Shown piece after piece: positions 12,102 through 22,206 of a DNA stretch of 64,000 nt. Source of the stretch: a virus; the IMG/VR virus record IMGVR_UViG_3300042197_003184, positions 64,001 through 128,000 of that record; one strand, written 5' to 3'. The position numbers and the translations under genes were made by a program. Numbering within the stretch: position 1 is the stretch's first letter; every line of letters begins with the position of its first letter. The notes under the pieces are model-generated. The model searched no databases. It was not told the DNA's origin and saw nothing but the letters and a program-made list of their open reading frames with translations.

Positions 12102-15017
12102 ATGAATGATCCTTTATTTTTAATACGTTTTAGTGCTGATGTTGGTGCCTACGACAGTTCTTATCCGCAAAAGGATTTGAGTAGTTATAATCTTGCTTTT
12201 AATGTAGGGCTCGGCAGATTCACCGAGGCTGCATCATTTAATGGACAAGACAGTCATGTTTTGATTCATGATTCATTGCCCGCTAACGATTACACTATAG
12301 AGATATGGTTCTATACTATAAGCAGTAACAATAAACACGTATTATATCAATATAATAATCAAAATAATTCTAAAACAGTTATTGTTTATGCTTATAATCA
12401 AAATTTATATGTTAGCATTAATAATGTAACTAAATTAATTTTACCTATTACCTATAATCAATGGACACACTTTGCGTTAGTTAAAAAGCCTGACCTTATT
12501 AAGTGTTACATACAGGGAATACCCGGTGACAATACCATACCGGACATCATTAATGATACCGAAATTAACATGATCATAGGTAATACTTTCGGGTTGGGCA
12601 ATACAGCCAATAGCGATTTGTTTGGTTGGTACGGCTATATAGACGAAATCAGAGGAATGCCAGAAATAGTATACATAAATGGAGGATTTCCTGTACCAAC
12701 CGCCCCTTTTCCGGATGTGACCCCAAGTCCCATTCCAACGCCAACCAATAGCGAGACTCCAACTAACACCCCCACCATTACGCCCACTGAAACTCCAACA
12801 GAAACTCCAACAGAAACTCCAACAGTAACGCCAACCGAGACCCCAACGGCAACGCCAACAGCAACTACGACAGTTACTCCGACTGAAACGCCAACTACTA
12901 CTCCCACAGTAACTCCTACCACAACCCCAACCAATACTCCATCGATAACCCCAACCGAAACACCGACCAATACTCCAACAATAACGCCAACTGAGACCCC
13001 AACGGTTACGCCGACCAATACTCCAACAATAACGCCAACTGAGACCCCAACGGTTACGCCGACTAATACTCCAACAATAACGCCAACTGAGACCCCAACG
13101 GTTACGCCGACTAATACTCCAACAGTAACGCCAACTGAGACCCCAACGGTTACGCCGACTAATACTCCAACAATAACGCCAACTGAGACCCCAACGGTTA
13201 CGCCGACTAATACTCCAACAGTAACGCCAACCAAGACACCCACAAATACACCAACAACAACACCCACTACGACCCCCACAAATACTTCTACTCAAACACC
13301 GTGGTACACGCCGAGCACAACCCCCACAAACAGTCCGACTAACACCACGACTCCAACACCAACTGTTTCTTCTACAGCTACAGCTACCCCAACAGTATCG
13401 GTGTCGGTATCGTGTTCTGCGACCCCTTCTGCAACAGTTACTCCAACAGAAACCCCGACACCTACGGCTACTCATACCCCTGTTGTTTCCGTAACTCCTA
13501 CCCAGACTCCTTCCCCAACAGCAACAGCAACAAATACTCCTCAACCAACAGCAACACCAACAAAAACAGTCACCGCCACACCAACCAATACGCGTACACA
13601 GCCCATATCTGGTACTCCAACACAAACTCCAAACCCAACATCCACACCCACATCGACTCCCACTGTTTCTCCTACAGCTACTAGCACGCCCACTAAGACA
13701 GCCACACCCACCAGAACGCCATCAAGAACACCCAAACCCACCAGGGCTATTGTCACGAAACCCAAACTAAAGGGCTTGGGCACTAAAAACAACCCTGTTA
13801 TTGTTAATACCTTAAATAAAGACGAAATTATTACATTCTTTCCTAATCTCAATGGAGAAATCAAATATACTTCTGATATTTCTGGGGCTGTCATTGCTGC
13901 CAAAAAGAATGGCTTGGTTATAGCTTTAACAACCCCCACTCCTACGCCAACATCCACAAAAACACCGACACCAACCGCGACACCGACCAGAACAGCCACT
14001 TCTACTGTTACTCGTACGGTAACGCCAACAGTTTCTTCCACCCCTTCCAATACCCCAACAACATCCGTAACTGCGACCCCAACAACTACAGTAACCAACA
14101 CACCGTCTACCACTAATACCCCCACTGTAACCCCATCATTAACATCAACAGCTACGCCAACACCGTCTATTAGTCCGACAACAACAGTCACGGCAACACC
14201 AACATCCACAACATTTCGGACACCTACACCAACAACAACGGTCACTGTATCTAGTACTCCCACCACCACAGTTAGCGCTACGCCTACCGTAACACCCACC
14301 CCAACTACCACCGCCACCCCCACCTGTTCCGTAAGTCAATCAATAGGATATATACCTTCCCCCCAAAACATACCACCTACGGCAACTATAACTCCCACCA
14401 CTACGGTTACAGAAACCATAACACCCACCGTTACTACAACACTTACTGTCACGCCAACAGTTAGTATTACAACCAGTAATACAGAAACGCCATACCCAAC
14501 CGCCACACCAACGCCTACTATTACCACAACCAATACAACAACCCCAACAAGAACCGCTATTGCTACACCCACCCCAACCGGCACCGCATACGAAACGCCA
14601 ACCCCCACCCAGACAGTATCCTCAACCCCAACCGCTACCCTAACCTCAACAGCAACAATTACGCCGACACCCAGTATCACAGAATCTCAAACCCCAACTC
14701 CTTCGCCGACCAATACTCGCACCGCAACTCCCACCCCAACAAGCACCACTACCGGATCAACGACTCCCACGCCGACCAAAACACCAAGACCAGGAACAAA
14801 TACAGGTCCTGGATGTGCATTATTTGTTACAACAAGAGATCAGATACAGATTTATTTAGATGAGTCATTCACAGGAGAAAGCTCTAGCGGAGAGATTAAG
14901 ATATGGATAGAACCAAAAGTTAGTTGCAATTCTATTCCTAACAGAAGGGGTTTTTCTCCGCCACCCACCCCAACATCACAATCTTCTCAAACTAATTCAT
15001 CACCATCTACGAGTTGA
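12102..15017 (+). CDS. LamG/ConA-like domain protein with long Thr-Pro mucin-like tracts
   Basis: [24 protein letters not shown] LamG motifs, then about 650 aa of TPT-rich low-complexity sequence. Confidence 0.8.
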   Translation: MNDPLFLIRFSADVGAYDSSYPQKDLSSYNLAFNVGLGRFTEAASFNGQDSHVLIHDSLPANDYTIEIWFYTISSNNKHVLYQYNNQNNSKTVIVYAYNQNLYVSINNVTKLILPITYNQWTHFALVKKPDLIKCYIQGIPGDNTIPDIINDTEINMIIGNTFGLGNTANSDLFGWYGYIDEIRGMPEIVYINGGFPVPTAPFPDVTPSPIPTPTNSETPTNTPTITPTETPTETPTETPTVTPTETPTATPTATTTVTPTETPTTTPTVTPTTTPTNTPSITPTETPTNTPTITPTETPTVTPTNTPTITPTETPTVTPTNTPTITPTETPTVTPTNTPTVTPTETPTVTPTNTPTITPTETPTVTPTNTPTVTPTKTPTNTPTTTPTTTPTNTSTQTPWYTPSTTPTNSPTNTTTPTPTVSSTATATPTVSVSVSCSATPSATVTPTETPTPTATHTPVVSVTPTQTPSPTATATNTPQPTATPTKTVTATPTNTRTQPISGTPTQTPNPTSTPTSTPTVSPTATSTPTKTATPTRTPSRTPKPTRAIVTKPKLKGLGTKNNPVIVNTLNKDEIITFFPNLNGEIKYTSDISGAVIAAKKNGLVIALTTPTPTPTSTKTPTPTATPTRTATSTVTRTVTPTVSSTPSNTPTTSVTATPTTTVTNTPSTTNTPTVTPSLTSTATPTPSISPTTTVTATPTSTTFRTPTPTTTVTVSSTPTTTVSATPTVTPTPTTTATPTCSVSQSIGYIPSPQNIPPTATITPTTTVTETITPTVTTTLTVTPTVSITTSNTETPYPTATPTPTITTTNTTTPTRTAIATPTPTGTAYETPTPTQTVSSTPTATLTSTATITPTPSITESQTPTPSPTNTRTATPTPTSTTTGSTTPTPTKTPRPGTNTGPGCALFVTTRDQIQIYLDESFTGESSSGEIKIWIEPKVSCNSIPNRRGFSPPPTPTSQSSQTNSSPSTS
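12963..13231 (+). repeat. 48-bp coding tandem repeat, about 5.5 near-identical copies ([16 protein letters not shown])
   Basis: tactccaaca recurs at 12971, 13019, 13067, 13115, 13163 and 13211. Confidence 0.9.
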
Positions 15018-15019
15018 TT

Positions 15020-15412
15020 ATGCAGCATATTGTTCTGGATCAGTTTATATTTTGTAATTTTATTACTAACAATATGATAGACTTTACGTGCTCTATCTGT
15101 GGAAGAAAGATAAAAGCCCAAGAAATACAAACAGAGATACCAAAATTTATATGTTTGGGCTCTAAGAACGGAGAAGACATTATCGACAAAATTAAAACAA
15201 TATCTGCTATGTCTAATCAAAAGTCTTCGGGGTCATTATGTAATGATCAAGAGATACAAAAAAGATACAATATATGCCAATCATGTATACACTTCAACCA
15301 CAGCACATGCTCGTTGTGTGGGTGTCCATTGAGCAGAGAGAGGGATTTTGTCAATAAGTTAGCATTTAAAAAAGAAAAGTGTCCGGAAGGAAAATGGGAC
15401 CAAGAATCTTAG
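15020..15412 (+). CDS. Small Cys-rich protein (DUF6171-like C-terminus)
   Basis: RYNICQSC..TCSLCGC..KL..EKCPEGKW pattern; start uncertain (15014, 15020 or 15074). Confidence 0.65.
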   Translation: MQHIVLDQFIFCNFITNNMIDFTCSICGRKIKAQEIQTEIPKFICLGSKNGEDIIDKIKTISAMSNQKSSGSLCNDQEIQKRYNICQSCIHFNHSTCSLCGCPLSRERDFVNKLAFKKEKCPEGKWDQES

Positions 15413-15732
15413 TTCTTGTCCTTGGTCCATTTATGCCAACCCTTATTTTGCAAATAATTACCGTCGTCGTCTTTGCGTTTTGGAAAAAGAGTTCCTCCCT
15501 TTTTGTGTTGGCCAAAGGATAAAACACCCCCGCAACCATTACATCTGAGTTCGTAATAGTCGTTGCCATCAACATTCCTAACCACAAATCTCAGATTATC
15601 CTTATCGCACAATCCACAAGATTCTTCCGAGAAAATCTCTTGTATAAGAGCCAACTCCTTAAAAATTTCTTTTTGGCCCGAACCCTCTAATTCAAAAGAC
15701 AACCTATCATTTGCTTTAAAAAATACTTTCAT
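15409..15732 (-). CDS. Hypothetical zinc-ribbon protein
   Basis: CGLC...CNGC pairs; ATG just downstream of the upstream gene's stop. Confidence 0.65.
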   Translation of the reverse strand: MKVFFKANDRLSFELEGSGQKEIFKELALIQEIFSEESCGLCDKDNLRFVVRNVDGNDYYELRCNGCGGVLSFGQHKKGGTLFPKRKDDDGNYLQNKGWHKWTKDKN

Positions 15733-15734
15733 GA

Positions 15735-16481
15735 TTACTTCCATTCGTTGTGATAGCCAATAATATTTTCTGATATATTGGTCATATCTTGTTGGTATGA
15801 AGACAATAACCTAATAACCGTTACTGCATCATCATGGGACAGAGCATAGATATTCTGATTTTCCATGTTGTTTTCTTGCAGTAATTTGGTCACATTTATA
15901 TTAAGTCTTTTTGACAATACGTCAATGAAGTTAATCTGATTATTTGTAATTTTTGATACAGAATTGTGGTCAGGATGATCTTCGATATCTTTGGCCAATT
16001 CTTCAGCAGCCACCACTTTTCGTAACTTAAGAGCCCTTCTCAGAGCCCTACCTTCTGCTCTGGTTTCTGCTACGGCCACTGGATGATTACGATACACCTT
16101 ATCACAGTTACCCCAATAAACGTCTGCTGAGCCATCTATAGACACGGTATTTAATTCTGGTCTCTCCGGATTACCAGTATTTAAACAGTACGTTATGGAG
16201 TGAACCACAGTGGCTCTTTTTTCATTATCCGGACTAGGAGACTGAACCACAGAACTAGTAGACATAATAATCTTACAATCCAGAGCCTTCTCAAATACTC
16301 TCCTTAAACCATCCGTAGTAGGATTGCCACTAATTTTTTCATCATCGCTCAATAAGCTTAGAACATGATCTGTCCACTCCAGATCATTAGGTGTGACAGA
16401 TACCTGACTCGGTGTTGATATATTTTGTTCTTCTGTATTGACAACATCTTGCTGGGTTTCTTTCTTAGTAGCTTTAGCCAT
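15735..16481 (-). CDS. Putative single-strand annealing protein (Rad52/Sak/ERF-like)
   Basis: GSADV...AVAETRAEGRALRRAL..AAEE motif typical of phage SSAPs. Confidence 0.5.
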   Translation of the reverse strand: MAKATKKETQQDVVNTEEQNISTPSQVSVTPNDLEWTDHVLSLLSDDEKISGNPTTDGLRRVFEKALDCKIIMSTSSVVQSPSPDNEKRATVVHSITYCLNTGNPERPELNTVSIDGSADVYWGNCDKVYRNHPVAVAETRAEGRALRRALKLRKVVAAEELAKDIEDHPDHNSVSKITNNQINFIDVLSKRLNINVTKLLQENNMENQNIYALSHDDAVTVIRLLSSYQQDMTNISENIIGYHNEWK

Positions 16482-16486
16482 ATAAT

Positions 16487-17293
16487 TTAATCCTCTATTA
16501 AAAACTTTCTATTGTCTGCTGTTGGAAATTGAGATGAAATTTGTTTGATAATATCCACTAAACGATTATAAATAATTGTGGCTCTGGTTTTTGAGAAGTC
16601 CTTGGTCTGCTTGATCCTGATTAAAACCATTCCTCTACCCAAGATCAGACCTTCTTTTTTTTGATCATATGCTATATTTTTTTGCAGAGCATCCTCTCCC
16701 CAAACTGGTAAAAAGTGAGACGGACCATCCACTTCTATAGCTGTAGATATGCTAGGAACAAACAGATCTATTTGCAACTTGGTATTTGATAGGGTTTGCT
16801 CTTTATGAAATTCAATCTTATAGCCGTCCTCCAATAACCTATTAAGCAAAAAACTCTCCAGTTTCGATCCTGTTTTACTGGCTTTTCTAACCGCGTTATT
16901 GGCTGATTTAGTAATGTTTTGTTTCACATTGTCGTCTAGGTTTTCCCAAGCCTCCTTGCATTTTCTTTTTCTATCGGCCAGCTCTTTTGACGTTAGATTT
17001 TCCCATGATGTCATAACGCCCATACCTATTTTTTGCTTGGTTAGTTCGTTCCTTTTTGATCCTTTGGTTGGATGTTTATGTTTACCTGTTTTCAAAGCAT
17101 TTTTTTGAGCATCAGATTTGTCTCTGATTGGTATTTTGAGAGATATAGCGTCTCTTCTGATTTTATTAGGGTATGTATTGTATTCGTGGGCTATATCGGC
17201 AAAGCTCTTATTCTGATTTATATACATACCTTGAATAAGGTCTTTTTTTTGATCCTTAGATAATTTATCATAGGATTTTGATAATTGATTCAT
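16487..17293 (-). CDS. HTH plus basic repeats plus DUF559/Vsr-like PD-(D/E)XK endonuclease
   Basis: N-terminal SFADIAHEY HTH, NUMOD3-like KIGMGV region, IDLFVP..AIEVDGPSH nuclease core. Confidence 0.65.
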   Translation of the reverse strand: MNQLSKSYDKLSKDQKKDLIQGMYINQNKSFADIAHEYNTYPNKIRRDAISLKIPIRDKSDAQKNALKTGKHKHPTKGSKRNELTKQKIGMGVMTSWENLTSKELADRKRKCKEAWENLDDNVKQNITKSANNAVRKASKTGSKLESFLLNRLLEDGYKIEFHKEQTLSNTKLQIDLFVPSISTAIEVDGPSHFLPVWGEDALQKNIAYDQKKEGLILGRGMVLIRIKQTKDFSKTRATIIYNRLVDIIKQISSQFPTADNRKFLIED

Positions 17294-17762
17294 GATTAAA
17301 TTCCTCCATAATACCTACCGGTGTTTTCCAGCATATGCTGTATATGTCATTAATTTCTTTATTTTTTGCTATTATACTCAAATTGTCTTTCATAAAAATA
17401 TCATACCATTCCTGATATGATCCGCTGATGTGTTCTGTCCATGGAATGTTTTCAGCATACCAATATCTAGCATGTATATTGGGACAATTTTGAGTGAGTA
17501 CGATAGATGTTATATCGAATAAAAAAAGATTTCCATAGAAGAATTTAGATTCATTTAAGTGCAATATTGGAACGTTATGCGTCGATATGCGTTCATTATA
17601 ACTAGCAAAAACACAAATATGTCTGTCTATTTCGGCGTCTATCAAAGACTTAACAGATCTTAGTATGTGATCATGGGCATTATTGTTTAATAGTTTTGGT
17701 ATTACAAATCCGATATCTTTTATGCTTGGATCGATTTTTCTTTTTTTTGTTTTAAGTGTCAT
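17268..17762 (-). CDS. Hypothetical protein, possible partial GT-B glycosyltransferase fold
   Basis: ORF coupled to neighbours; weak resemblance to the N-terminal Rossmann domain of GT-B enzymes. Confidence 0.4.
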   Translation of the reverse strand: MTLKTKKRKIDPSIKDIGFVIPKLLNNNAHDHILRSVKSLIDAEIDRHICVFASYNERISTHNVPILHLNESKFFYGNLFLFDITSIVLTQNCPNIHARYWYAENIPWTEHISGSYQEWYDIFMKDNLSIIAKNKEINDIYSICWKTPVGIMEEFNHESIIKIL

Positions 17763-18517
17763 GGTAATATATTTTTGGTTATGAAATCTGCATAAGATAC
17801 TGCCGAGGATAGTTTTTGTTTCCAGTATTTATTTTTATTGGTGTCTATTAAAAAATTCTTAGTTTTTGTGTTTTTCGATACGTTAGCAGAACTAACGAGG
17901 CTACAGCCGCACGACACAGCCTCTAATGAATAGTAATCATTGATATCTACAAAAAAACTACTTTTCTTCAATATGTTGGCCTTATGGAATTCATTTAATA
18001 AGCCTAAATTTTGTTTATGCTTGATATTGATGTTATTAAACATTTTTATAGGCAATTGACTATTAGGGTATAGGTATTTGGTCAAGGTGTCTGGAATCTC
18101 ATTACCACATTGATCCAAAAATACTGTAGCAAAATTTTCTTTAGTGGTTGTTTTGTCGGCTATAAACAACGATGTATTTAAAATATTTTCTGGGATAACT
18201 ATATTAGTATTATCGATAGCAGACCAATGAAAGGTTTTACAAACTCTATTAAAATCCATAAGTTCAGTATATTGACTATTATTAGGATAGTACAACATAA
18301 ATGTTTTGTTTTTATTATGATATTCTGATATGAATTGTGCTATTTCGTTTGAAAATAAATCTGATATAAAAACATATGCATCAAACTTATACAAATAGTC
18401 TAGCTTATAAAGAGTATTGTTTATATTGGCGGATATAGTTTCAGTAGATAATTGACGTAAAGATATAATTAGATTATTAATAAATTTATCATTAAATTGT
18501 TGTACAAATATTTTCAT
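17759..18517 (-). CDS. Divergent glycosyltransferase-like protein
   Basis: C-terminal YSLEAVSCGCSLV resembles the GT4 'EA.acG.pv' motif. Confidence 0.5.
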   Translation of the reverse strand: MKIFVQQFNDKFINNLIISLRQLSTETISANINNTLYKLDYLYKFDAYVFISDLFSNEIAQFISEYHNKNKTFMLYYPNNSQYTELMDFNRVCKTFHWSAIDNTNIVIPENILNTSLFIADKTTTKENFATVFLDQCGNEIPDTLTKYLYPNSQLPIKMFNNINIKHKQNLGLLNEFHKANILKKSSFFVDINDYYSLEAVSCGCSLVSSANVSKNTKTKNFLIDTNKNKYWKQKLSSAVSYADFITKNILP

Positions 18518-19200
18518 ATAAATGCCTTGGCTTTGGATATGTCCTTAAGACCAGTTACTTTCATAATTTTTTGCTTAGGTATGATACAGCTATCAAAACC
18601 ATGACCAGAGTCTATCAAAAGATTAATAATCTCGAACAGATATAGCTGATCCATATTGTGTTTGTCCAACAGGGATTTTAGTCTGGTTATTGCAGAACTA
18701 TTGAGATATACGCATTCTGACCATTTTTGGGGAAGATCATAAAATAGATAATCCACCGTTGTTGTGTCATGACACCCAACATCAAAATAGTTTTTAGGTT
18801 TACTGAGTATATAAATTCTAGAATGTTTTTTATTGATCGTAAAAACATGCTTAAACATAATTCCACTACTTAATATTAAAGCATTGTCGAGCTTGCCAGA
18901 AACTATACACTGCACAATACCCTTGCCCTGATTACTGTTTTTATAGTCCTGATTATACATTATTTCTATATTTTTATACTGTTGTGCTATTTTATGTATT
19001 TTTTCAGACTCAAACCCTGTAGAAATGTATATTTTACTACCAGGATAAAATTTTTGTAGTGATATGATTTGGTGTTCTATTAAAGATGTTGAGTTCTTAA
19101 GTTTTAGCAAAGACTTGGAACCAACCGACTTCATGCCTTTGGTGATCTCGGCTGCTGTAATAATAATATTAAGTTGTTCTTTTTTATGTTCCATATTCAT
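18514..19200 (-). CDS. Sugar-phosphate nucleotidyltransferase-like protein with degenerate signature
   Basis: IIITAAEITKGMKSVGSKSLL..LIEHQI..TGFE..YNQDYKNSN matches the NTP_transferase/LicC-type N-terminus, but GxGxR is altered. Confidence 0.7.
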   Translation of the reverse strand: MNMEHKKEQLNIIITAAEITKGMKSVGSKSLLKLKNSTSLIEHQIISLQKFYPGSKIYISTGFESEKIHKIAQQYKNIEIMYNQDYKNSNQGKGIVQCIVSGKLDNALILSSGIMFKHVFTINKKHSRIYILSKPKNYFDVGCHDTTTVDYLFYDLPQKWSECVYLNSSAITRLKSLLDKHNMDQLYLFEIINLLIDSGHGFDSCIIPKQKIMKVTGLKDISKAKAFI

Positions 19201-19945
19201 ATGAAATAATTTCTGGCGTACTATTAATAGCATTCAAAATATTTTCTTCTGCTCTCCGTGCCGTAAAATAGTTTGTATAAGATATTAATAAGCCAGTAAA
19301 GTCAGTATTATCATGGCCTCTTTTTTTCATAACATGGAAATCTCTTTGTTCTATAATACAAATGGTATTGATTTCGTTAATGTCTTGTTCTAGTTCTGAT
19401 GATTTATCAATATTGTAAATCAGGACAAACTTAGCGCCATTAGCGTTTTTATTTCCACCGATTATAGAATGTAATGCTTCGGTGTATGAAGTGCCTTCTA
19501 AAAATACATGAGTCTTCCATGGAATGTCCAATGCTAGTGTTTTACGTATAGTTTCTATTTTTTCTTGATTGTGTTTACTATGAGAAAATAAACAGAACGA
19601 TATAAATTTGGGGAGTATAGACCCACCACTGATGGTTTGACAGTGTTTTGTCAGAGTTTCTGTATTAATATCTGTAATATCTAAGACGAGATGTATTTGA
19701 ATAGCAGCATTATTTAATATAGATCTTTTAATATCTTCTATAGAAATAGAGTCTTTGTTAGTTTCGAAAGTCTCTTTGGAGAAACCCATTCTACACTGGT
19801 AGTCTTCTATTTCGTAGTATTCATCTACTACTGATAGTTTTTTATGGTTTGTAGACAGCAGATGTTCGACAACTCCGTGCTCGCAGGCTTCGTTTTGTAA
19901 CGCTGGGTGTGCAAAAAGACATTTTCTACATGATGTTTTTTTCAT
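19184..19945 (-). CDS. Hypothetical protein with Cys-rich N-terminus, possible degenerate GT-A fold
   Basis: SCRKCLFA..AC..YQCRMG; position within the sugar-enzyme cluster. Confidence 0.4.
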   Translation of the reverse strand: MKKTSCRKCLFAHPALQNEACEHGVVEHLLSTNHKKLSVVDEYYEIEDYQCRMGFSKETFETNKDSISIEDIKRSILNNAAIQIHLVLDITDINTETLTKHCQTISGGSILPKFISFCLFSHSKHNQEKIETIRKTLALDIPWKTHVFLEGTSYTEALHSIIGGNKNANGAKFVLIYNIDKSSELEQDINEINTICIIEQRDFHVMKKRGHDNTDFTGLLISYTNYFTARRAEENILNAINSTPEIISYEYGT

Positions 19946-20355
19946 ATAAGATTGATTCTAGTAATAGTTGCTAATATATGATAGTCTTGATATTCTATTC
20001 TTGAAATAATAAAATTATCATCAATTAAAGCGTTTAATTTATCAATACTGAGTAATGACTTGTTATCCTGAAAAAATAACACAATATCATCATCTGATAT
20101 GCTATTATCATAGTAGGCTTTAGTAATAATTTTCGCATTAATAAATTTGAATACGGCAGTACCCCCAACCCTAATTTTAGACATAATGGATGATACTAGG
20201 TTTTGTCTTTGCTCGTTATTTAATTCATTAATATTATCGCAATATAAAGTATCTACGGAATGATTGATTATTCTATCGACCATACCAACAGAGATACTAT
20301 CGAAATTAGCAATTGATCCTTGTTTATTCCCATAAAGATAAATATTTCTACTCAT
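19942..20355 (-). CDS. Small methyltransferase-like protein (degenerate)
   Basis: NHSVDTLYC...IMSKIRVGGTAVF resembles motifs II/III of class I SAM methyltransferases; no clear GxG motif I. Confidence 0.45.
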   Translation of the reverse strand: MSRNIYLYGNKQGSIANFDSISVGMVDRIINHSVDTLYCDNINELNNEQRQNLVSSIMSKIRVGGTAVFKFINAKIITKAYYDNSISDDDIVLFFQDNKSLLSIDKLNALIDDNFIISRIEYQDYHILATITRINLI

Positions 20356-21197
20356 ATTGTAAATGGCTCCCCTGCTTGTTTAATAAAAATCTCCGATATA
20401 GCTCCATCAAATACCTCAAAGCTATGAGACTGTAAAAGGCGGTTTCTTATATCTAGGTTTCTTTTTTTATCGTAATTTTTTATGGATTTCTGTATACTGT
20501 CATTCAGGCTATTACTGTCTTTAAAGGTTAGTATATGATCATGATCATAGGTATGATTAGATATAATAGAACATCCACAAACAGAGGCAAACAAAGTATT
20601 AACATAACCATCAAATATCAGAGCAACTTTATATTGATTCAGATTGTCCGCTATACTGTCTAAATTATTAAATTCCGTTATTATACCCGCATCTGGTAGT
20701 ATATCTAAAATTTGCTGATGAATAATTCTGCATTGTCTTATATTCTGATTGGATACTAATACTATAGATTTTCTGTTCTGTTCATTGATAGGGTATTCTG
20801 GAATACCAATTTTCATAGTATCTATTTTTATGGGCCAAGCTTTAGCTACAGACTCATTGAAACATATCTTGGTTATGTTTTTAAGAGAGTTATTCAATAT
20901 AATGAGGTCTTCTTTTTTTAAATAGGTCGCCGGTAAATTATCTATAAATACTAGACCATTAATATATTCTTGAAACATAATGGTTTTGATACTTTGATGA
21001 TCTAAGTAGTTGGTAGATACGCACAGTGACCAGTCTGTGCTTACTCCGCAACTAGAGTGTAGTATGTTAGCTTTTTTTATTTTGTATAATATTAGGTCTA
21101 TAATAGAACTATTTGAGTTGCTAATAATATTCAAACCATGATTGTGTTTAATCTTGGCTGCTGTATTAATAATATTGGCTGTGGCTGAGTGTTGCAT
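20352..21197 (-). CDS. Divergent glycosyltransferase-like protein
   Basis: LNQYKVAL..TLFASVCGCSIIS and C-terminal helix pattern of GT-B enzymes. Confidence 0.45.
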   Translation of the reverse strand: MQHSATANIINTAAKIKHNHGLNIISNSNSSIIDLILYKIKKANILHSSCGVSTDWSLCVSTNYLDHQSIKTIMFQEYINGLVFIDNLPATYLKKEDLIILNNSLKNITKICFNESVAKAWPIKIDTMKIGIPEYPINEQNRKSIVLVSNQNIRQCRIIHQQILDILPDAGIITEFNNLDSIADNLNQYKVALIFDGYVNTLFASVCGCSIISNHTYDHDHILTFKDSNSLNDSIQKSIKNYDKKRNLDIRNRLLQSHSFEVFDGAISEIFIKQAGEPFTI

Positions 21198-21198
21198 A

Positions 21199-22206
21199 TT
21201 ATATTAATCTAGATATCGGTATAGTATTTTTTTGACGAGGTTTTTCTGGTTGTTTATAGACAAATTCTCTCATATTGTTAATCAAAGAGTTGGTGAGAAC
21301 AGAAGCGTGATTATCATCTGGTAAATATTTTCTATGTTCGTTAGAGTAGCACGGAACGTCAACAATAACGGTATTATCTTCATCCATAATATGATTATTC
21401 ACAACTTCTGCAATTTCTTTGTGAAGAACTGTCGTACTACGAGAAAAACAAAGCAGGGTTTCACAAGTTTTATGTAAGGCAATTTGGTCTTGTATGCTCA
21501 TAGGGGTGAATAAGAACAGCTCTACTAGACTCTTATTAGATACATTAATATTGAGTTCTTGTTTGGTTTGTTGAATAAATCTGGTCAGATCCTTCTGGTC
21601 CTCAGAGTCTCCGGTAATTGACAGAATAATACTCTGTCCATCTCTGCATCTAAAAGCTATGTAGAAAGATAGTAGTATTTTTTTTATTAAGTCGTGTTCA
21701 CGCTTATAGTGAAAAAAACCATAGAATTTATGGTTGTAGTTGTGTGCCCCAAAATTAAATCTTTTATCTCCTATCGCAGATATTGTTTCAGATAAATCCA
21801 CGTCTGTTTTAAGTATTTTAGACTTGATCTCCGACTTTAGCAATAGGCTTATATCCTGATCTGTATTAACTATAACTTTATCAAACCTATTTAAATTTTC
21901 GATAATACGATCATCTGTTATATTAGAGTAGCCTCCAAATATTGGTATCGCAACGTGTTGTGGAAAAAAACCAGAATAAGCTAGTTTATCTATTGGGAGA
22001 TGCTGTATGCAGCAATCATATTTCTCAGACCCGGACGTTTTTTCTAGTTTAGAGATTGATTCGTTAATGGGACTATATGGGTTATTTTCCAAATAAAATG
22101 GTCTTAAATGTAACATATGACTATCTTGTAACGTTTTTATATACCGACGACTAATTTCGCCATAGTGCGTGTCGTCCCTATATGGTCCCAGATATAAAAT
22201 ATTCAT
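21199..22206 (-). CDS. Glycosyltransferase family 4-like protein (catalytic motif not evident)
   Basis: MNILYLGPYRD.THYGEISRRY N-terminus; ALHKTCETLLCFSR where EGFG would be expected. Confidence 0.6.
   Translation of the reverse strand: MNILYLGPYRDDTHYGEISRRYIKTLQDSHMLHLRPFYLENNPYSPINESISKLEKTSGSEKYDCCIQHLPIDKLAYSGFFPQHVAIPIFGGYSNITDDRIIENLNRFDKVIVNTDQDISLLLKSEIKSKILKTDVDLSETISAIGDKRFNFGAHNYNHKFYGFFHYKREHDLIKKILLSFYIAFRCRDGQSIILSITGDSEDQKDLTRFIQQTKQELNINVSNKSLVELFLFTPMSIQDQIALHKTCETLLCFSRSTTVLHKEIAEVVNNHIMDEDNTVIVDVPCYSNEHRKYLPDDNHASVLTNSLINNMREFVYKQPEKPRQKNTIPISRLI

Noticed and set aside
12963-13231. Possible CRISPR array
   Set aside because: Contiguous in-frame 48-bp tandem repeat with no unique spacers; the Cas4-like gene is a stand-alone phage nuclease
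12477-14680. Long antisense and alternate-frame ORFs (Val-Gly-rich and Cys-Trp-rich)
   Set aside because: Shadows of the Thr-Pro repeat, which lacks stop codons in other frames
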